From assembly GCF_000150275.1 (NCBI RefSeq), contig NW_002060944.1, positions 6,671,102-6,735,101 of the forward strand: a stretch of 64,000 nt of DNA, written 5' to 3'. Shown here piece by piece: positions 47,478-58,073 of the stretch (position 1 is its first letter; each line of letters starts with the position of its first letter). Both the position numbers and the translations under genes were made by a program. Below the pieces are notes generated by a model that worked only from the letters and a program-made list of their open reading frames with translations, did not search any database and was not told the DNA's origin. Source of the stretch: Trichoplax adhaerens. Taxonomy: Eukaryota; Animalia; Placozoa.

Positions 47478-50400
47478 TTATATGATAGAGCAACATCGGG
47501 GATGATTATGACTTAAGACTGACGATGTAACTTTGAGTGACTTTTCATACATAGAAATAGCCTCTTCATGCTTGCCTTGTTTATCATACGCATTTCCTAG
47601 ATTGTTATATGATAGAGCAACATCGGGATGATTATGACCTAAGACTGACGATGTAATTTTGAGTGACTTTTTATACATAGAAATAGCCTCTTCATGCTTG
47701 CCTTGATTAGAATATACAGCTCTTATGTTGTTATATGATACGGCAACATGGGGATGATTATGATCTAAGACTGACAATGTAATTTTGAGCGACTTCTCAT
47801 ACATAGAAATAGCTTCTTCATGCTTGCCTTGATCTACATATACAGCTCCCATATTGTTATATATTGCGGCAACATGGGGATGATTATGATCTAAGACTGA
47901 TAATGTTATTTTGAGTGACTTCTCATACATAGAAATAGCTTCTTCAAGCTTGCCTTGATGTCTATGTGCATTTCCTAGATTGTTATATGATACGGCAACA
48001 TCGGGATGATTATGATCTAAGACTGACAATCTAATTTTGAGTGACTTCTCATACATAGAAATAGCTTCTTCAAGCTTGCCTTGATGTCTATGCGCATTTC
48101 CTAGATTGTTATATGATCCGGCAATATCGGGATGATTATGATCTAAGACTGACAATCGAATTTTGAGTGACTTCTCATACATAGAAATAGCCTCTTCATA
48201 CTTGCCTTGATTAGAATATACAGCTCCCATGTTGTTATATGATGCAGCAATATCAGGATGATTATGACCTAAGACTGACAATGTAATTTTGAGTGACTTC
48301 TCATACATAGAAATAGCTTCTTCATGCTTGCCTTGATGTCTATACGCATTTCCTAGATTGTTATATGATCCGGCAACATCAGGATGATTATGACCTAAAA
48401 CTGCCAATCTAATTTTGAGTGACTTCTCATACATAGAAATAGCCTCTTCATGCTTGCCATGATCTAAATACGCATTTCCTAGGTTGTTATACGATGCAGC
48501 AACATGGGGATGATTATGACCTAAGACTGACAATGTAATTTTGAGCGACTTCTCATACATAGAAATAGCTTCTTCATGCTTGCCTTGATGTCTATATACC
48601 TCTCCCATGTTGTTATATGACGCGGCAACATCGGGATGATTATGACCTAAGACTGACAGTCTAATTTTGAGTGACTTCTTCTTCATAGAAATAGCCTCTT
48701 CATGCTTGCCTTGATTAGAATATACAGTTCCTATGTTGTTATATGATCCGGCAACATCAGGATGATTATGACCTAAGACTGACAATCTAATTTTGAGTGA
48801 CTTTTCATGCATAGAAATAGCCTCTTCATGCTTGCCTTGATCTAAATATACAGCTCCCATATTGTTATATAATACGGCAACATCGGGATGATTATGACCT
48901 AACACTGACAATCTAATTTTGAGCGACTTTTCATACATAGAAATAGCCTCTTCACGCTTGCCTTGATGTCTATATGCCTCTCCCATGTTGTTATATGACG
49001 CGGCAATATCGGGATGATTATGATCTAAGACTGACAATCGAATTTTGAGTGACTTCTCATACATAGAAATAGCCTCTTCATACTTGCCTTGATTAGAGTA
49101 CGCATTTCCTAGATTGTTATATGATCCGGCAACATCGGGATGATTATGGCCTAAGACTGACAATGTAATTTTGAGTGACTTCTCATACATAGAAATAGCT
49201 TCTTCATGCTTGCCTTGATGTCTATACGCATTTCCTAGATTGTTATATGATCCGGCAATATCGGGATGATTATGACCCAAGACTGACAATGTAATTTTGA
49301 GTGACTTCTCATACATAGAAATAGCCTCTTCATGCTTGCCTTGATATCTATATGCCTCTCCCATGTTGTTATATGACGCGGCAACATCGGGATGATTATG
49401 ACCTAAGACTGACAATGTAATTTTGAGCGACTTCTCATACATAGAAATAGCCTCTTCATACTTGCCTTGATCTAAATTTACAGCTCCCATATTGTTATAT
49501 AATACGGCAACATCAGGATGATTATGACCTAAGACTGACAATCTAATTTTGAGTGACTTCTCATACATAGAAATAGCCTCTTCATACTTGCCTTGATTAA
49601 AATACGTATTTCCTAGATTGTTATATGATGCGGCAACATCGGGATGATTATGACCTAAGACTGACAATGTAATTTTGAGCGACTTCTCATACATAGAAAT
49701 AGCTTCTTCATGCTTGCCTTGATGTCTATATACCTCTCCCATGTTGTTATATGACGCGGCAACATCGGGATGATTATGACCTAAGACTGACAATCTGATT
49801 TTGAGTGACTTCTTATTCATAGAAATAGCCTCTTCATACTTGCCTTGATTAGAATATACAGCTCCCATGTTGCTATATGATCCGGCAACATCGGGATGAT
49901 TATGACCTAAGACTGGCAATGTAATTTTGAGTGACTTTTCGTACATAGAAATAGCTTCTTCATGCTTGCTTTGATGTCTATACGCATTTCCTAGATTGTT
50001 ATAGGACATGGCAACATCTGGATGATTATGACCTAAGACCGACAATCTAATTTTGAGTGACTGCTCATACATAGAAATAGCTTCTTCATGCTTGCCTTGA
50101 TGTCTATATGCCTCTCCCATGTTGTTATATGATACAGCAATATCGGGATGATTATGATCTAAGACTGATAATCTAATTTTGAGTGACTTCTCATACATAG
50201 AAATAGCCTCTTCATACTTGCCTTGATCTAAATAGGCATTTCCCAGATTGTTATATGATACGGTAATATCGGGATGATTATGACCTAAGACTGACAGTTT
50301 AATTTTGAGTGACTTCTCATACATAGAAATAGCCTCCTCATGCTTGCCTTGATTAGAATATACAGCTCCCATGTTATTATATGATACGGCAACATCGGGA

Positions 50401-51428
50401 TGATTATGACCTAAGACTGATATTATAATTTCGAGTGACTTCTTATACATAGAAATAGCTTCTTCATGCTTGCTTTGATCTAAATATACAGTTCCCAAGT
50501 TGTTATATGATACGGCAGCATTAGGATGATTATGACCAAAGACTGACAATCTAATTTTGAGCGACTTCTTATACATAGAAATAGCCTCTTCATACTTGCC
50601 TTGATTAGAATATACAGCTCCTATGTTGTTATATGATACGGCAACATCAGGATGATTATGGCCAAAGATTGACAATGTAATTTTGAGCGACTTCTCATAC
50701 ATAGAAATAGCTTCTTCATGCTTGCCTTGATCTGAATATACAGCTCCCATGTTGTTATATGACGCGGCAACATCAGGATGATTATGACCTAAGACTGACA
50801 ATCTAATTTTGAGCGACTTCTCATACATAGAAATAGCCTTTTCACGCTTGCCTTGATGTCTATATGCCTCTCCCATGTTGTTATATGATGCGGCAACATC
50901 GGGATGATTATGACCTAAGACTGGCAATGAAATTTTGAGCGACTTCTCATACATAGATATAGCCTCTTCATACTTGCCTTGATTAGAATATACAGCTCCC
51001 ATGTTGTTATATGACGCGGCAGCATCGGGATGATTATGACCTAAGACTGATAATGTAATTTTGAGTAATTTTTTAAACATGCATTCAGCCTCTTTATAAT
51101 TACCCTGGCTATAGTAAACGATTCCTATCTTTTGGTATGAATTAGCGATACTCAGATTATATTCATCTCCATATCTTAATTTTATATTAACAGATTTCAT
51201 ATAACAATTTAATGCCCCATTCCAATCTCCTTCTTCTTGCTTAATGTCACCATATCTATATAAACTTTCCGCAATCATCATTTCATCTTTTAGCTTCTCA
51301 GCTATTTCTTGTGCTTTATCTGTTAATTGTTTGGCCTTCATACGTTCACTTTGCTGTAAATATATGCCACTAAGAAGCAGGCAGACATGATATTGAAGTC
51401 GATCAAGATCGATAGTACTTGTAGACAT
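47478..51428 (-). CDS. Long TPR-array protein (42-aa kinesin-light-chain/nephrocystin-3-type repeats)
   Basis: 1316-aa ORF made of a 134-aa N-terminal region of divergent TPRs, 28 x 42-aa units (consensus DVAASYNNMGAVYSNQGKHEEAISMYEKSLKIRLSVLGHNHP) and 6 out-of-frame residues. An extra base at 47498-47501 shifts a 29th unit, which would end at TGA 47386-47384. Confidence 0.92.
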   Translation of the reverse strand: MSTSTIDLDRLQYHVCLLLSGIYLQQSERMKAKQLTDKAQEIAEKLKDEMMIAESLYRYGDIKQEEGDWNGALNCYMKSVNIKLRYGDEYNLSIANSYQKIGIVYYSQGNYKEAECMFKKLLKITLSVLGHNHPDAAASYNNMGAVYSNQGKYEEAISMYEKSLKISLPVLGHNHPDVAASYNNMGEAYRHQGKREKAISMYEKSLKIRLSVLGHNHPDVAASYNNMGAVYSDQGKHEEAISMYEKSLKITLSIFGHNHPDVAVSYNNIGAVYSNQGKYEEAISMYKKSLKIRLSVFGHNHPNAAVSYNNLGTVYLDQSKHEEAISMYKKSLEIIISVLGHNHPDVAVSYNNMGAVYSNQGKHEEAISMYEKSLKIKLSVLGHNHPDITVSYNNLGNAYLDQGKYEEAISMYEKSLKIRLSVLDHNHPDIAVSYNNMGEAYRHQGKHEEAISMYEQSLKIRLSVLGHNHPDVAMSYNNLGNAYRHQSKHEEAISMYEKSLKITLPVLGHNHPDVAGSYSNMGAVYSNQGKYEEAISMNKKSLKIRLSVLGHNHPDVAASYNNMGEVYRHQGKHEEAISMYEKSLKITLSVLGHNHPDVAASYNNLGNTYFNQGKYEEAISMYEKSLKIRLSVLGHNHPDVAVLYNNMGAVNLDQGKYEEAISMYEKSLKITLSVLGHNHPDVAASYNNMGEAYRYQGKHEEAISMYEKSLKITLSVLGHNHPDIAGSYNNLGNAYRHQGKHEEAISMYEKSLKITLSVLGHNHPDVAGSYNNLGNAYSNQGKYEEAISMYEKSLKIRLSVLDHNHPDIAASYNNMGEAYRHQGKREEAISMYEKSLKIRLSVLGHNHPDVAVLYNNMGAVYLDQGKHEEAISMHEKSLKIRLSVLGHNHPDVAGSYNNIGTVYSNQGKHEEAISMKKKSLKIRLSVLGHNHPDVAASYNNMGEVYRHQGKHEEAISMYEKSLKITLSVLGHNHPHVAASYNNLGNAYLDHGKHEEAISMYEKSLKIRLAVLGHNHPDVAGSYNNLGNAYRHQGKHEEAISMYEKSLKITLSVLGHNHPDIAASYNNMGAVYSNQGKYEEAISMYEKSLKIRLSVLDHNHPDIAGSYNNLGNAHRHQGKLEEAISMYEKSLKIRLSVLDHNHPDVAVSYNNLGNAHRHQGKLEEAISMYEKSLKITLSVLDHNHPHVAAIYNNMGAVYVDQGKHEEAISMYEKSLKITLSVLDHNHPHVAVSYNNIRAVYSNQGKHEEAISMYKKSLKITSSVLGHNHPDVALSYNNLGNAYDKQGKHEEAISMYEKSLKVTSSVLSHNHPRCCSII

Positions 51429-52825
51429 CGCTTGAATTGAAAGAAAACTCGCAAATCGTAAAATACCACCAGATTAAGATTACCAGATAGATGGTATATG
51501 GCTTCTTTTACATATAAAGAGTTTACTCCTGGTAATTGAAGGATATATAATCAATTCAAAAATCTGATGAAAATTAGGTAGCTTCGATATCAGGCAATCT
51601 ATATTAAGTGAGCTTACTATACAATTTAACCTTGTAACTGATTATTAGAGTAAAACGAAAATTGATTTAATTATTGCATGTAACTTCCTTTACAGTAAAA
51701 GTTTCAAATTTATTCATCACTTAAGACTTCATTTTTCTTATAATATTCTACCGTAATGTTGCAATAACAGTTTTTGGGCGTCAACGAATAAAAGTTACTG
51801 TACTTAGAACCGCATGTGGTGTAATGCTGTCTGTCATGAATAATCATTAAAGTACAGTGTTTGATAATAATAACAGTTATATAGACTAGCTGAAACCTAT
51901 GAAAGTTCCACTGCTGTTCGCAGCTGGAAATCCCATAACGGCAACTTAGACAGTAGCTTGGAGACGAGCCTATCATAAGAATACTGTACAATGTACACAT
52001 ACAGTACTGTAGAAAATATGCAAATCATCTTCGCCATATATGTAGTAATTCGGTCGATGTGGTCGGTCGGTTAAAGGTTAAATGTGTATACAAACCGCAG
52101 GGACTACTTGATACTTTTTCTAATACATATTAGACATACTATCAAACAGTATCGCCATGAGCAACTTATTGTATGTACCTTACAGTTATTGCTAACAATA
52201 ACACTACTGGATATATTTATTTTAGCCGATGAGATATTATTTCTTGTTAGCCCATCATTGCAGGTAAAAAAATGTCTAGTAACTAGTACCATGCCCGTTC
52301 GATGAACGGGGAAGATTACGCCTATATAATTTCAGTAAATGTGCTTTGCTTATGAAAGAGTTGCCCTCAGCGCATACAATTTACATAACGTATCGAGTTC
52401 ATAAATTATTCACTATTATTTCAAGGTAAATATAAGTAAGAGTAAATATATATTGAAGCTGTGAAACGTAGATTTTTATCAATTCCTTTCAATTTTTGAA
52501 ACGTAAGTGTGCGAACAACGGCTATATCACTTTTAACTACAGATTTTAAAGTTAAAGTGGGATTGGGCAGAGAGTTACAGTCTAGACTGACCTGATGAGA
52601 GTCCTATGATATAAATCTCCCCCAAATTTACTCCTTTCTGAAACTCTTAATACACACAGTAATTAATCATATAAAACTGTATATGTTAGTACAGTATAAT
52701 TCACTATTAATGTGCCCTTTCTGCATTGAGTATGGACCTGATAGAAGCAGCGACTCATTAAAAGAGTATAGTATAGCATACTATACATGTATACTGAATA
52801 AAATATGTAATATAAACGACATAAA

Positions 52826-52960
52826 TGCTCCGTTTTTCACTTGCTTAGCATGTTTTTTATATGCTTATTCTGTATGAAATTAATGGCGCAGTATCTGACA
52901 TTTAAAATATTTATCATGTTGAAACATGCAAAGCACGTAGAAAACATGTAAAACGAAGCA
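52826..52960. mobile_element. Degenerate inverted-repeat (MITE-like) relic
   Basis: The reverse complement of 52826-52855 (AAACATGCTAAGCAAGTGAAAAACGGAGCA) aligns with 52922-52960 (AAACATGCAAAGCACGTAGAAAA[catgtaaaa]CGAAGCA). Confidence 0.4.
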
Positions 52961-53131
52961 AAAATGGAATAAAGCGACGTAATTGTTTTCTGTTCTCCTT
53001 ATTCTTATATCTGATAAGACGCTATACAGTACAGTATTATTAGCTTTCTACATACTGTATAATATCATTTTCTATACCGATTTACAGTTCGTTACTTTGT
53101 ATAACGAAGCGTAAATCGGCTATGTAGAAAG

Positions 53132-53200
53132 GAGCATAGTTACCAAAAAACAAGAAATAACATCTCATTGGTGAGTATAGTTACCAAGAAGCAAGAAATA
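53132..53200. repeat. Short direct repeat (28 bp, 41-bp period)
   Basis: GAGCATAGTTACCAAAAAACAAGAAATA and GAGTATAGTTACCAAGAAGCAAGAAATA. Confidence 0.8.
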
Positions 53201-53567
53201 TTTATGCATGCAGTTTATATGTCAATGATTCCCTATTATATATTATTTATTTTTACTAACTACACCCTATCCTTCGAAAGTATGCCGAAACAATCCAAAA
53301 TGACCAATTCGTATTATAAATTTTTATTTATCTCATATTAAGTATCGTTATAGTACAATATGTCATCTGAGTTAATTATTTTGCCGATCAGTTAATGAGT
53401 CAATTTTCTCTTGACTTTATAAATTAGAGAAATTCGACGCTTTCGAAATTTACAAAATGAATTATGATGACATATAAGTATCACAGTGTAAGGCAATAAT
53501 ACAAATTACATCAATTTTTATAGTATAAATACAAGTATTGATACATTCTTAATGTATTACATCAGTA

Positions 53568-56500
53568 TTATATTGATACTGATTTTGATAAATGAAGTGG
53601 ACTAATAATTTTACCAGTTGCCAACATCTTAATAATTTGCATAAAATCAATTGTATAATTAAAATTATTACTGAAATCTCGTATACGATACCATGGTATC
53701 CAAAAGATATTCCATCCAATATTCTTATTCTATTTTAACAAAATGACCATACTTATATACAAAAAGAATAAATTTATTGATAGTTGCTCTAATATACTAT
53801 ACAGAACACAACATAATTAGAAGTACTGCGGGAATCGAATATAGCTTACTTTCAAAAAGAAACATTGCGCTTCTATTTCATTTCTAAATTTAAATATCGA
53901 AATAATAAATGGAATATTAGATTGTTAAAGTGACAATGTAATCGATTAGTCAAAGCTTAAAAATTAAAACAGTAACTTTTCTAAATAAATAGCACATAAA
54001 ACTATACAGTTATCATAATTCTAACCCGGGAGTGAACGTATGCCTAAAATTCGTTACGCTACCAGTGTCGAAAAAGGTACGAATGTTGTACTTTTGAAAT
54101 TCGATCCCATCTATGTTAAGTCAATTAAAAATAAGAAATCCTACCAGCCTATTGTAAAATTTGCAAGAATCGTAAAAGAACCTATCAACTCTCCACAATT
54201 TCCTACCTGATAAACAATTAGGGTTAAGAATCTTTAGAAATAATACATAAAGTAGAAGATGGTCAATGATCCATAAAAACCCGTTTAAACAGCAGTAAAG
54301 GCTCATGATCGACAAGCGAAGCTAATACAAATAAAGACAATATTATCGTGATGACATATTTGAGAAATTATAGATGTAGCGTAAGTATTATTTTTGATAT
54401 ACTCGTAGGAATTACCAAATGATAGTTGGCAGAATGGCTATAATTAGCACTATAATTTGATTGTACTTACGGTGGTAAAGACGATGTAGAACACTAATGT
54501 CGTAGGCAAAAGAAAGACAAGGATGGTAAATAGTAATGTGCCTAGAAATAACTAATGAAGAGGCCAATTTAATGTCCTGTGAATACTTATTCAATAATTA
54601 GAGATGATAAATATCTAGGTTTACGGTGACTAGATATAATTTGTGTTTGTAAGTACTTTTGTAACAACAAGAGACTAAATTACTTACATATTTATTTTAA
54701 AGATTACACTTATTGTCGTATCGATTACTACCGTGAATAGTGGTCAAAGCTTGACATAAAAACAACAGCGAAATCGCTTTAAATTACCTGATCAATATCA
54801 TACGTATAAGAATCCATTCGGTTTTTTAATACATTCCATTTCTTGCCTAGAATACGAAAAAGAATATTAATTTAATGCTACCCTATCAGGCATACCATCA
54901 ATCATCGATATGGGTTAGGTAAATCTTTTACCTCGACATAAATGGTATAATGAGGATATACTAAATATTTGCAAGCTGTAGATTCTAGTTGATATAAAGC
55001 AAGAAGAATATATATTTTAAAACTTATTTCTTCATATATTTTGAATGTGATTCTTGATTACTAATGCTAAAAATGAAATAGTTGACGAGATATACCTAGC
55101 AGCGTATATGTAAAAACAATACATATGAAAAGTTAACAAAGATAATGCGTCGGCAAGTAAAGCAATGAACAAGGAAATTCCAAGAAATGACGAAGAGAAC
55201 AAGACTATGATTATCGCATTCAGATATCCCCTCATGAATTGCAAATAGCCTAAAATGAGTTAAATGTAAGATAATATAGGTTCAAAACAAGACCTTAAAA
55301 GAGAATCATGCTTAAAATAGAATACTGTAATGTCTCTGATGCTTGCTTTAACAGCAGACAAGCACCTCAAAAATTGCGTAATCTTAAGGTTAATTGGTAT
55401 GATCACGTAAAATCACTTACCATTCCAAACATAAATATGATATAAAAAGAAATTTGCTAAAAATTCACTCAAAGGCTTATTGAGTTTCAATCCCACCGGG
55501 GCACCCATCAACCAATTTAAAAGTTTTGTTAACGAATTGACAGTAACCTATATGTAATAATTGAAATAATCATAATCGTAGATTCTTCCTGATCAGCAAT
55601 TCGATTACGCCCAGTATACTTTAACATTAATTGGGTACGTTTAGAAGAATTATTAAACGCGGTAATCATGATGTATTGGTATTTTTAATATATAATCATC
55701 GATTATTGCTATTTCTGAATTCAGGCTTGCTCATACTACCTGTGTTAGATTCATAAAATGAGCTGAAATTTTTTCCACTAAATCGTATGAAAAGAATAAA
55801 TAAAAGAAAGCCAAGCCTAGTAGGATATCCAGCATTAACGTTATAGCATAATTACAGAATCTGAAATGAAAGATAAACTTGAGTGGTTAATCATAAAGAA
55901 ATCCCGATTGTGCCAGCATAGTAAAATAATCGCCTAAAATATCGATTCTTGCTAAAATAATTGTTATATAATCTACTGGCTTCGAAGTTACTCTAATACA
56001 AGTTCTGAATGCAAACGATATGCTGCCGTTATACATTGAAACTTGTTAAACGTGATATTATAATATATAACCGAACATAAGAACAATAGTTCTACAAGCA
56101 TTTAAGATTAATTATTATCGACATTGAAGTTGGAAAATCTCATAATTTTTTTTAATCTGCTATAAGAAGCCAAGACTAGGTAAAAGAGTCAAATAATTCA
56201 GTGATAGGAGTTTATAGCTTATTAATTGTATGACTAACAAAAATGGCGTCAGATTTGTAATATACAGCAATACAAGATACTGTACATAGCAGTTAATTTT
56301 GCTACAAAATACAACCAATCCCGCTCGATTAAACCTACATCATTTTTTGAACAGATTTGACTTGTGATACCCGATAATCGTTGGTAAACTCCTGTCTTGA
56401 ATGATAGAGATGTTTAAACTCCTTCACTCTTTTGATAATACGATAAGCTAGAAAATAGGAAAAAATTAAAGCTGTATCTAATTCTATAAGTTGCAACACT

Positions 56501-57742
56501 TTTACAGGTATTTATCTTTCAGTAGAAAATTTTAGTTATATCTCACACATAAATAACCAACCGTTACCAAATGTACTTGATTAAATGAAGCAGTCAAGGA
56601 AACTAGACTATCTCTACTCTGAGGTGCCCAATCATTTCACTATATTTTTATTCCCCCTGTATTCATGATCATCAGTTACTCTATACTGTACATGCAGAAT
56701 ATTTAATATAACATACTAGTAGATATTGGCAGTTTTAAATTAAAGCATCGAGTTGTAGGATATCATATAGGTATTCAATATATGGGCTCCTGCTTTACGT
56801 ATTACTGGAAAGTATTTACGAGTATATCATGTCAACAGAAACATTATAGATGTACCTGTGCTAGAACAGCATGCAATTTGGTTGACTGTAAGACCTCGAA
56901 AGTACGATCTAATATCAAAGAGATCATGTAGATCTTGTTAGCTTAGCTCATAGAATGAGTCAATTTATTTATTAAAACAACGAGCATTAGGCGATAACTA
57001 GAGATATTCTATTAATAATTGCCTGACTTTACCTAAATGTTTGCAAAGGCGATTGTAGATACTTGCATAACGGTAAGGTTATCGTCCGAAATTTAAGATA
57101 GATGTAGCTGACAAGATGTAGGAACCAAGTTAGAAATAGGAAGTCCGCTATATGAAACAACTGATTTTTTGTTGGAATAGGAGCACGATTAAACGAAAGA
57201 TTTTGTGTCATACTAATATATTGAAGACAGCTCTCCAATTCCGATGGACAATGCTCAGATGCACAGTGGTGATTAATATCACTTGCTTCCATGACAACTT
57301 GATGTAGCGATCGATTGGACATAAATGTTCCTTTTCCATTTTGTTGGTATACAATCAATAAGAAGGATAACTGGCTATGATGATGCCATTGAACATAACA
57401 ATATCGAGATTTCCACGAAACCTGTATAAGAATCCATTGACGATGACGTCTGAATTGGCGCGTAATATTAGGTTGATCTTCTTCATCTTGATTGTAGATA
57501 TAACCTAATACAACTGGAGTTTGCTGCGTCGTCGATGGATCGAGCTTGGACGATGTAGCATCACTAAATTGACGATCGTACGATCGATGCACCGATGAAA
57601 TACAAATAGTCTTAGAATTCACCGTAAAGCCAAGTAAATAACCACTCGAGCAATTACAATATTGTTGGGGAAAGAATACCTTCAAGCAAGAATTGCTGAT
57701 GCCATCATCATTACTCTGTCTTGAACTTGTTGCTGTAGACAT
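53568..57742 (-). CDS. PIGQ: GPI-GlcNAc transferase subunit Q (PIG-Q/GPI1), about 13 exons
   Basis: Exon 1 has LKVFFPQ..SGYLLGF. Spliced downstream exons give [57 protein letters not shown]|IYSLQI..LYHLCRG|[19 protein letters not shown]|[18 protein letters not shown], ending [19 protein letters not shown] (stop 53570-53568). Confidence 0.93.
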
Positions 57743-58063
57743 GTTGGTGAGCTCAACGACAGTAGACGATAACCTCCAATAAACGCCAGTGATAGTTATT
57801 GAATAATAGACGAATCAACTTGGCATGGGAGTTATTAATCCCTTCAAATACAAATCAAACAGCTAGAAATGTTGATATCCTAGTACTAATCCTCCTTCCA
57901 GGCCATTCCAGCTGCAAGGAGACTAACGAAAACAAGAGGAGAATCACCTTGCAAGATCATTGACGAAAGTATCCGTCGGATGCCTGTCCGAGAATCAGTT
58001 TCGGAAGGACAGCGTGCAGTACACTTCCAATCGAATCTGTAATTAATTATGCTGTATATGCGG

Positions 58064-58073
58064 AAAATGGCGG
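58064..58073. promoter_or_regulatory. YY1-like motif upstream of PIGQ
   Basis: AAAATGGCGG about 320 bp upstream of the PIGQ ATG, beside a GC-richer patch and a (TA)n tract; motif match only. Confidence 0.3.
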
